IMG/VR virus record: IMGVR_UViG_3300018892_000001
DNA length: 55,428 nt
Direction: 5' to 3' (one strand)
DNA from: an uncultured virus (IMG/VR IMGVR_UViG_3300018892_000001)
Lineage: Duplodnaviria > Heunggongvirae > Uroviricota > Caudoviricetes
Part shown: positions 48,570 through 55,106 of the stretch, piece by piece
Layout of the letters: every line of letters starts with the position of its first letter
How positions within the stretch are numbered: the first letter of the stretch is position 1
The notes under the pieces: model-generated
Seen by the model: the letters and a program-made list of their open reading frames with translations, nothing else
What the model was told of the DNA's origin: nothing
The model's database searches: none
Program-made: the position numbers and the translations under genes

Positions 48570-49595
48570 TTATATGAGCGCTTCGTGGGCGATCGCATTA
48601 ATGTAAGCGATCGCATCCTCGTAGGTTGGGCGAGATGGGTACTCGTGAACCCCTATTTTTAGCTCAAACAGGGAAACTGGTTCCCCGAACGGGTCATTTG
48701 GGTTCTGCACCCTCGGACTTTTGCTTGTCGAGTGGCAGTATCGATCAAATAGGATGTATTTTTCTAACGTCCCTCCTTGGAGGAAGCGCTCAACGTCTTC
48801 CTCAAATGTTCGGTCTTTTGGAATAGAGTATTCTACTCCTTGAGTCCAAAAAGACTTGGACTGAACAAGGGGCATTGCTAACTTTACATGGCGTTTGCCA
48901 AGTTCAGTTGCCGCTAAATCCCAGAAAACTGCCAAGGCTTGTAGTAACTCTTCCGAGAGATCTTCTCGGTCTAGATTTAAACTGGACAACGGATGCCCAA
49001 TAACTTCATGATTGCCGTATCCTGTCCAGCGACAGTAATCCAACAAAAATTCCTCAGGGTTTTCGGGGACAACCCATCCCCATTTAATCGCTAGAAGAAG
49101 ACCTTCTGCGATCGCCCATCCTACCGAATTGTTGGGGCAGTGAAGCAATCGCTGCGTCAGTCGCCCCTCTTGGGCGGCTTCAAGACTGTCATTGTTCTGG
49201 TAGCTTGTCCAGCACCAGGCCCAAGCTACAAGAGAACTTCGTAAATGTGCATGGGCGAAGTTGGGTGTATAGTTTAGGGCAATTACATCGAATATTGTTG
49301 TCCAGTAGCCCCACTCTGCTATTTCCGCCAACTTCCCCCATCCCATTTGGTTATGGGGATCGGGCAGATCGTATATCGGCTTCTCGAATATCGCGTATTC
49401 GCTTATTCCAGTTGCAATTCGTGCAATTTCTCGCACCTTTTCCGGATGTTCGTCGTCGCAGCAGGCAAGCAGATATCTTGCCGCGAATGACAAGTCACTT
49501 CCGTCTTCCAACGCTGCTATCTTCTCGATCTCTTCAATATGGCGATTGTTGATAATTGAGGCGATCATTCGTTCGATTTTTTCTTCAGATTGCAT
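48570..49595 (-). CDS. Hypothetical protein (operon gene 8)
   Basis: 341 aa; AGCAAAACCATG leader. Confidence 0.8.
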   Translation of the reverse strand: MQSEEKIERMIASIINNRHIEEIEKIAALEDGSDLSFAARYLLACCDDEHPEKVREIARIATGISEYAIFEKPIYDLPDPHNQMGWGKLAEIAEWGYWTTIFDVIALNYTPNFAHAHLRSSLVAWAWCWTSYQNNDSLEAAQEGRLTQRLLHCPNNSVGWAIAEGLLLAIKWGWVVPENPEEFLLDYCRWTGYGNHEVIGHPLSSLNLDREDLSEELLQALAVFWDLAATELGKRHVKLAMPLVQSKSFWTQGVEYSIPKDRTFEEDVERFLQGGTLEKYILFDRYCHSTSKSPRVQNPNDPFGEPVSLFELKIGVHEYPSRPTYEDAIAYINAIAHEALI

Positions 49596-49634
49596 GGTTT
49601 TGCTTGATCACGGAGAACCGTGACGATAGTTTTT

Positions 49635-49687
49635 GCTCCCTCACTATTTTTCACCCAGGCTTGGGACTGGCGTCGGCTAGTTTAAGC
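49635..49687 (-). ncRNA. Twister ribozyme (type P1), Tw3
   Basis: Identical to Tw1, within a ~100 bp direct repeat (49596-49694 vs 47852-47950). Confidence 0.9.
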
Positions 49688-49712
49688 GGCTCCCAAGAGG
49701 GAGCCTATGTTG

Positions 49713-50294
49713 TTAGTTGTAAATAGAAGAGATATCCAAAATCTCATCTATCTTTTCCTGGTCTAATCCGATAATTTCGCGTTGTTTATAATAGCGGAAA
49801 TTATCATTTTCAGACATGAATTGGATGCGTTCAGCAATAGGGAGGCGAATGATTCGCTCATACGTTACTGGTAGTAGTATGTAGAAATCGTCTGAACTGA
49901 ACTCAGGGTCATACCCTAAATCATCTTCGTCTGAAGAGATCCAACACGCTAGCCCAGCTTCCATTTGAAGTTTTTTTTCTACCTCGAAAACTACTTCAGA
50001 TATTCCAGCCTTTCCAGATGAAAAACAATGCCAGTCATAAGGCGCGTTATCTGATTTGTATAGGTTCGCGAACCTGTTGTCTGGAATGTCTTCGTTGCAG
50101 TGAAAAGATGCTGCTATGCCTTGGCTTCCCATCATTCCATTCCAGTGGAGCTGAATGTTTTGAACCACAATTTTTCGATTGAACAAATCCAGCATGAGCT
50201 GAATTTCTTGGTCGGTTACGAAATGGCGCTTTATTTGACGCATTTGGTGATGTGCTTCGTATTTGTACTCGTACATTAGAATTTTCCCTTTCAT
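49713..50294 (-). CDS. Hypothetical protein (operon gene 7)
   Basis: Start reassigned to the ATG after AGCAAAACC. Confidence 0.8.
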   Translation of the reverse strand: MKGKILMYEYKYEAHHQMRQIKRHFVTDQEIQLMLDLFNRKIVVQNIQLHWNGMMGSQGIAASFHCNEDIPDNRFANLYKSDNAPYDWHCFSSGKAGISEVVFEVEKKLQMEAGLACWISSDEDDLGYDPEFSSDDFYILLPVTYERIIRLPIAERIQFMSENDNFRYYKQREIIGLDQEKIDEILDISSIYN

Positions 50295-50309
50295 GGTTTT
50301 GCTGATTTT

Positions 50310-50363
50310 CTCAATTGGTTGGCTATCCACACCCGCCGCGAGGAGGCTTGAGTATTTGGGTGC
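50310..50363 (-). ncRNA. Minimal HDV-like (theta-type) ribozyme, H1
   Basis: ^GCACCC AAAUA CUCAA GCC UCCUCGC GGC GGGUGU GG AUAGCCAA CCAA UUGAG: P1 with G.U, P2, P3, L3 as in HDV, P1.1 CC/GG, J4/2 CCAA with catalytic C. Confidence 0.88.
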
Positions 50364-50407
50364 ATTGCCCCCGAAGGGGCAGGGGAGGATTTAATCCTCT
50401 AAGAACA

Positions 50408-50581
50408 CTAAGGAGGAGTGTCATTTTCTTCGCTTTTCCACCTCTCCTCTAAGAAGTTTTCGCGCTCTAGCTCTTCATTCTTCTGTCCGGCATACCAGAC
50501 CATTAATTGGTTGAGTTTCCATGCGTTTTCAGCATTGGGGTTAGCTTTGAAGGCTTCAAAAGCTTTATCTAGTTGGTTCAT
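50408..50581 (-). CDS. Hypothetical small protein (operon gene 6)
   Basis: MNQLDKAFEAF... 57 aa with AAGGT RBS; the longer ORF call overlaps the ribozyme. Confidence 0.65.
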   Translation of the reverse strand: MNQLDKAFEAFKANPNAENAWKLNQLMVWYAGQKNEELERENFLEERWKSEENDTPP

Positions 50582-50600
50582 TGATTTACCTTTGTAAATT

Positions 50601-50656
50601 ACACCTCTCTGCGTTAGGGGCTGGAGACCCTTAGCTTTCGCTAGGCGCATTAGTAC
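50601..50656 (-). ncRNA. Twister ribozyme variant, Tw4
   Basis: GUAC U^AA UGCG CC UAGC GAAA GCUA AGGG UCUCCAGC CCCU AA CGCA GA GAG GUGU; T1 covaries (CUC/GAG); T2 register imperfect. Confidence 0.75.
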
Positions 50657-50705
50657 GCCCCCAAAGGGGCGGGGGAGGATTTAATCCTCTAGATTTACGC
50701 TATTA

Positions 50706-50984
50706 TCAACTAGCCAATTTAACATTCCATTGACTTCCCATACCCATGTCATACTGACGACGGCACGAGACTGGAAACTTCTCTCCATCTATTTCTGTAT
50801 GTCCTTTGTAGTCTTCTCCTCCTCCGTAAGCGTCAGAAAAAGTATTGGTACGCTCAAGATGAAAGACTAAATCATAGCGAGTACTCTCTGGAATAGTTCT
50901 AATTTTGTCAAGCAGTGATGGAGTCCGGATGTGTACTCCGTCAGTTACCGCTTTTCTCATTTGTTCCATTGTCCACTGTGTCAT
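50706..50984 (-). CDS. Hypothetical protein (operon gene 5)
   Basis: 92 aa; AAGGA RBS; overlapped by a 6-codon upstream ORF. Confidence 0.75.
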   Translation of the reverse strand: MTQWTMEQMRKAVTDGVHIRTPSLLDKIRTIPESTRYDLVFHLERTNTFSDAYGGGEDYKGHTEIDGEKFPVSCRRQYDMGMGSQWNVKLAS

Positions 50985-51016
50985 TTGTTTTTCCTTGTCA
51001 TGGTTTTGCTGATTTT

Positions 51017-51070
51017 CTCAATTAGTTGTATATCCACACCCGCCACGAGGAGGCTTGAGTATTTGGGTGC
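51017..51070 (-). ncRNA. Minimal HDV-like (theta-type) ribozyme, H2
   Basis: ^GCACCC AAAUA CUCAA GCC UCCUCGU GGC GGGUGU GG AUAUACAA CUAA UUGAG. Confidence 0.88.
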
Positions 51071-51105
51071 ATGGGCGATAACTCAAGAGAGCGATCGCCT
51101 GACTA

Positions 51106-51933
51106 TTAGTCCTTTAAATAAATTGCGTTAGGTGGTACGGGGGTTAGTACTTCCTCCGTCTCGTAATCCCAAGGTTCTTGACTTTTTCGCTTATGAACGA
51201 AAGAGACCAAAAACTTTTGATTACCCTCTTCTTTAAGAAGTTCTGAACGCATATCAACGTTGATTCTAGGAGCATCATTTAGCTCCCATTGATTGTCAGG
51301 AACCTCTAGTAAATCAACAAGCATATTGGGTTTGTTGATTAACCATTTTTCAATACTCTCGAAGTCGTCAAGGCTGCAACCGTAGTAGCCCTGTAGAGTT
51401 AAGTTGAGCGTTTTATCTACGCTTATTCCGCTCCATCCACTGTCATAGTAGTATGGGACAGATTCTAACCCTTTTTCAAGGATTGATGTTGCTGCAAATT
51501 GAATTGCTTCTTCACAAGAGTGAAACTCTTTGCCTAGTAATTGCTGAAGAGTTGCTTGGAGATCCTTTAAAGGTTTTCCAAAAACTACGTCTTTAGCAGC
51601 AAAGACTACTTCATTGCGAAACCGTTCATCGCTAGCAGCTAATGTTACTGCCTCTGCGGCTGTGACAAGAATGCATCTTCCGTCCCAGTCTTCATCTTCG
51701 TCTCGTGGAACGTCGTACCCATCTTTGGCGAGGAATACCAGCGCTTCATCGGGAATGAGGATTTCATAAATTCCGAAGTTATCCCATCCTTCTGGAAGGT
51801 ATGGGTAGGCGAACCCAACCTTTCCCTCTAATAAGAAAGAGAGGTGATTGCGATCGCTTCCGTGGTAACTGTCTCCTGGTTTTACAGGGGAAAAGTTTAT
51901 TCCACTTCCTAAGCTGTGATAGAAAATTGTCAT
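51106..51933 (-). CDS. Hypothetical protein (operon gene 4)
   Basis: 275 aa; AAAGCAAAACCAATG leader. Confidence 0.8.
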   Translation of the reverse strand: MTIFYHSLGSGINFSPVKPGDSYHGSDRNHLSFLLEGKVGFAYPYLPEGWDNFGIYEILIPDEALVFLAKDGYDVPRDEDEDWDGRCILVTAAEAVTLAASDERFRNEVVFAAKDVVFGKPLKDLQATLQQLLGKEFHSCEEAIQFAATSILEKGLESVPYYYDSGWSGISVDKTLNLTLQGYYGCSLDDFESIEKWLINKPNMLVDLLEVPDNQWELNDAPRINVDMRSELLKEEGNQKFLVSFVHKRKSQEPWDYETEEVLTPVPPNAIYLKD

Positions 51934-51953
51934 TGGTTTTGCTTTAATTAAAT

Positions 51954-52013
51954 GTACCCTTCTGCGTTTATTCAGACTTAGGACTGACAGCTAATAGCTG
52001 GTCGCATTAGTAC
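51954..52013 (-). ncRNA. Twister ribozyme (type P1), Tw5
   Basis: GUAC U^AA UGCG AC CAGCU AUU AGCUG UCAG UCCUAAGU CUGA AUAAA CGCA GA AGG GUAC; compensatory T1 (CCU/AGG) and T2 (AC/GU). Confidence 0.93.
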
Positions 52014-52042
52014 GCCCCCGAAGGGGCATTAGTTTATCTGTA

Positions 52043-52714
52043 TCAAGAAACGGCTTCAAAGATTGAAGCTAAATTCTTGAAAGTTTTGAAATAAAATGTG
52101 CCGTATTTTACCCATTGATGGTAGTTACCATCATGAATGGGCGTATGCTCACTTGAGCGAGCATCATACACAACTGGATTACTTGGAAGTGTTCGTATCT
52201 TTTGCTCCATCCCTTCAATTAGAAGGGTTGAAGAGATTTTATCCCACCACAGCACCCATAAGTCATCCCAAGCTCGTCGCCCGTCTGCTATCTGCATCTC
52301 TGGATAAAGACACAAGAAAACAAACTCAGGCATTAGTTCTTCCCAACTATAGGGAATTCCTTGTCGGCGATGGTCTTTTTTCTCAACCATTTTTGGCTGT
52401 TTTTTCATGAATTCTGCGATCACTGTCGGTTGCAGTAACGGGACAGGGATACAAGCGTAAGCTTCCCCTTCTCCTATAGATATTCCGGCTAAGTCGTAGT
52501 AGGCGTTGTCTCCTGCATCTTCGTAGACCAGGGAACAAGCCCCTGACTCATAAGCAGTAGCCCAAAGCAAGTTGGCGTAGAAAAGGAGGGTTTCATTTCC
52601 CTCGTGTGCCACCGCCTTGGCTTTGAACTTGTTACTTAGATTGATTGCCATTTTTGCTCTGGTAGAAGCATCTGGCATGATTTCAGTTTTGGCATTGATT
52701 TGTTGATTCGTCAT
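52043..52714 (-). CDS. Hypothetical protein (operon gene 3)
   Basis: Start reassigned to MTNQQINAK; the longer ORF call runs through the ribozyme. Confidence 0.75.
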   Translation of the reverse strand: MTNQQINAKTEIMPDASTRAKMAINLSNKFKAKAVAHEGNETLLFYANLLWATAYESGACSLVYEDAGDNAYYDLAGISIGEGEAYACIPVPLLQPTVIAEFMKKQPKMVEKKDHRRQGIPYSWEELMPEFVFLCLYPEMQIADGRRAWDDLWVLWWDKISSTLLIEGMEQKIRTLPSNPVVYDARSSEHTPIHDGNYHQWVKYGTFYFKTFKNLASIFEAVS

Positions 52715-52740
52715 TGTTTTTACTGATGGTTTTGCTTTAT

Positions 52741-52793
52741 GTTCAATTGGTTGGTTATCCGCACCCGCCGCGTGGAGGCTTGAACTTGGGTGC
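52741..52793 (-). ncRNA. Minimal HDV-like (theta-type) ribozyme, H3
   Basis: ^GCACCC AA GUUCAA GCC UCCACGC GGC GGGUGC GG AUAACCAA CCAA UUGAAC; P2 covaries with H1/H2. Confidence 0.88.
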
Positions 52794-52818
52794 ATTGCCC
52801 CCGAAGGGGCGGGAGGAA

Positions 52819-53190
52819 TTAAAGCCTCCAAGTCGTGTCGCGTCCCTGTCTGGGATCTTTTCCGCAACCGTTGTTCTGGGTTGCGGCGACTCTATCTCTT
52901 TCAGCTTGCTTCCGGTTTAGTTCTTCAACTCGCTCAAGTTTTACAAGCTGCTCACGCAATTTCTTGAGTTGAGGCTCTAACTCTTTCTGGAGAGCGATCG
53001 CTGTCCGCTGTTGGGCTCGCAGCGAATCTATCTCCGCTTGAATTGCAGCAAGAACCTCTGGAGGTTTATTCCGCTTCTTGGCTCCAAGAGGCTGGAGTTT
53101 CCTGCTACAATCCCATCGCTGGGATGTAGCAATATCAAGTTGCTGTTCTAGTGAGGCAATTTCTTGTCTCAATTTGTTAATGTCAGTCAT
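52819..53190 (-). CDS. Hypothetical coiled-coil protein (operon gene 2)
   Basis: 123 aa, TAATG-coupled to gene 1. Confidence 0.75.
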   Translation of the reverse strand: MTDINKLRQEIASLEQQLDIATSQRWDCSRKLQPLGAKKRNKPPEVLAAIQAEIDSLRAQQRTAIALQKELEPQLKKLREQLVKLERVEELNRKQAERDRVAATQNNGCGKDPRQGRDTTWRL

Positions 53191-53627
53191 TAGTTGCTCT
53201 GGCAGAAATGGCAGTCGTACCCAGTACGGTACTCTCCGCTAGCCCCGTTGAAGGAGCCACAATACCCGCAGTAATCTCCGTTGCCACAGAGATGCTCTGT
53301 GACCGTTTTGAAATACAGGGGCTTGATTAAGCAGAAGTCGCCTTCTACCCGCATTCCATAAGTGCCGAAGCTGCTTCCGTCAGAACGGAATGGGCGGAAT
53401 AGTTTCCACTCTTCGCCCCCATTTTGCCAACTAACAATGGTGTCGTTTTGGCGCTGGGGAGGGGTTTTCTCTCCGATTGCGAAGGTGTCTTTTACTTGGC
53501 AAGCAACAAGATGGTTGTTTTCCATCTCATTGATTTCCTCGGCAGACTTCTCTTTGAAACGAGAAGAACTCCTTACCGTAGTGAAATTTTGGTAAAGATC
53601 ACTCGTGAACATATAGTAATTCATCAT
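53190..53627 (-). CDS. Hypothetical protein with Cys-rich C-terminus (operon gene 1)
   Basis: AGCAAAACCATG leader; CGYC...CHFC. Confidence 0.75.
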   Translation of the reverse strand: MMNYYMFTSDLYQNFTTVRSSSRFKEKSAEEINEMENNHLVACQVKDTFAIGEKTPPQRQNDTIVSWQNGGEEWKLFRPFRSDGSSFGTYGMRVEGDFCLIKPLYFKTVTEHLCGNGDYCGYCGSFNGASGEYRTGYDCHFCQSN

Positions 53628-53651
53628 GGTTTTGCTTCCTAACATAATACC

Positions 53652-53681
53652 ATTGTAACATTTGTGTTACACCACCGTCAA
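53652..53681 (-). promoter_or_regulatory. Sigma70-type promoter of the ribozyme operon with overlapping palindromic operator
   Basis: TTGACG-18 bp-TACAAT with TG extension; TGTAACA-N4-TGTTACA inverted repeat at 53654-53671. Confidence 0.75.
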
Positions 53682-53755
53682 TCTGTCTTTCAACAGTATA
53701 CGTAGCACTGGAAGACCCCACTTCCATCACTTTCAAGTTATGAAGCTATGAACTA

Positions 53756-54466
53756 TCACAGTCCTCTGGGAGTGGGGCGATAGTGGGCGATCGCACCCTC
53801 TAGTTGCTCAACCAATCTTTCCCTCACACCTGATTGGCTCAGTACTTTGCAATCCTTCCCGTACCGGATGATTTCCCGGATGAACCAGAAGGTACTTGTA
53901 ATCCTGCGGGTGACGACCTTCACCTTGCCGTCCCAAGAGTCAAGCCGATCCTTCTCCCCCTCCCTGAAGGCGTGAGCCAGCCCTCTGTATAATTCAAACT
54001 GCACAGGAATCGTTGCCATGCCTTCTTCCCGCCAAGTGCTGGCATCCAGCGGGAAGAAGGCATCAGCGTTAGTTACGCGGTCAAACCGGAAGCACCAGTT
54101 ATGGCGCAGTGGCTCTAAGTCCTGGTTATCCTCGGTTTCATCGCACCAGCATTCGAGGTAGTAGTAGCCCTCTCTAAGCACTCGCTCTCCGTAGCGAACG
54201 GTGAAGACAAAGGGTTTGCCCGCTGCATCTGCGTAGGAGAAACGAAAGGGAGTTTTGTTGCACAACAGTTCTAAAATCTTCCTCGCCTGGGGTGAGTCTA
54301 GGCTGGGAGGTATGCTTGTTTCGACTGCTTCGTGTGCGATCGCCTTGTAGAAAGCCGTCTGATTTCCTTCTTCGCCCCACAGGTATCCGTGTTTGGCTGC
54401 GATCACCTTGAATTGCCGTTGCTCCTCTTCAGTAACACTGAGTTGGACTGTATTTCGCTTGCTCAT
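53756..54466 (-). CDS. WYL-domain transcriptional regulator
   Basis: FSYADA.G, REGYYYLECWCDET, HNWCFRFDRV, FWFIREIIRYG..C.V (WYL+WCX); RHH-like N-terminus. Confidence 0.85.
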   Translation of the reverse strand: MSKRNTVQLSVTEEEQRQFKVIAAKHGYLWGEEGNQTAFYKAIAHEAVETSIPPSLDSPQARKILELLCNKTPFRFSYADAAGKPFVFTVRYGERVLREGYYYLECWCDETEDNQDLEPLRHNWCFRFDRVTNADAFFPLDASTWREEGMATIPVQFELYRGLAHAFREGEKDRLDSWDGKVKVVTRRITSTFWFIREIIRYGKDCKVLSQSGVRERLVEQLEGAIAHYRPTPRGL

Positions 54467-54546
54467 TGACTTTTGAGTGGTAACAGGATAAATATAATTC
54501 TATCCTGCTAATTGCTAGAATAGGGGATGTCCCCTAGGAGAAATTC

Positions 54547-55074
54547 ATGCTCGACATATTCGACAAAGACGGAACCTTAGTTGAAACCAAGTCTGGAGAA
54601 CCGTTTCCCAAGCTTGGCGACCAAAGGTTGATCTCAGGAGTCAAAGAGCGAATCGCGGATTCGGCTGCCGCAGGCAACATCATTGTTGTTGCTAGCAATC
54701 AAGGTGGCATTGAGAAAGGGTACAAGCCCTTGGAGGATGCGATCGCAGAATTCCAGGAGGTGATGAAACTTCTTCCTGAAATTAGTATGTGTCTTTTTTG
54801 CCCTGATTTTGCAGGTAATGATTGCTGGATAGTTGCAAATCCCTTGCAAAATGCCATTAACGTTTTTCCTCCAGATACAACCCATGTACTCTTCCGCTCT
54901 AGTAGTTTAAAAGGTTCTTTTCGCAAGCCCAATCCCGGAATGCTTAATGCAGCAATGCGCTGGGCAAATGTTGATACTTGTACCTATACAGGCGATCGCC
55001 CAGAGGATGAAGGCGCGGCAATGAATGCAGGTGTCTGTTTTCGGCACGTCAACGACTGGTTGGCTACTGACTAA
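54547..55074 (+). CDS. HAD-IIIA hydrolase (GmhB / polynucleotide 3'-phosphatase-like)
   Basis: FDKDGTL, SNQGG, RKPNPGM, GDRPEDE; AGGAG RBS. Confidence 0.85.
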   Translation: MLDIFDKDGTLVETKSGEPFPKLGDQRLISGVKERIADSAAAGNIIVVASNQGGIEKGYKPLEDAIAEFQEVMKLLPEISMCLFCPDFAGNDCWIVANPLQNAINVFPPDTTHVLFRSSSLKGSFRKPNPGMLNAAMRWANVDTCTYTGDRPEDEGAAMNAGVCFRHVNDWLATD

Positions 55075-55106
55075 TTACTAATGACTCATTACTAAGGAGC
55101 AAAACC

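Noticed and set aside
47851..52830. Spacer repeats as a CRISPR array or integron attC sites
   Set aside because: The intervening units are whole genes, the repeats fall into several sequence families, and no cas or integrase gene is present; ribozyme folds explain them.
46867..52867. Long ORF starts at 47910, 50330, 50650 and 52867 from the ORF track
   Set aside because: These N-terminal extensions run through ribozymes and leaders; downstream ATGs after the leader motif or an RBS are better starts.
53654..53671. NtcA box at the operon promoter
   Set aside because: Spacing is GTA-N10-TAC, not N8.
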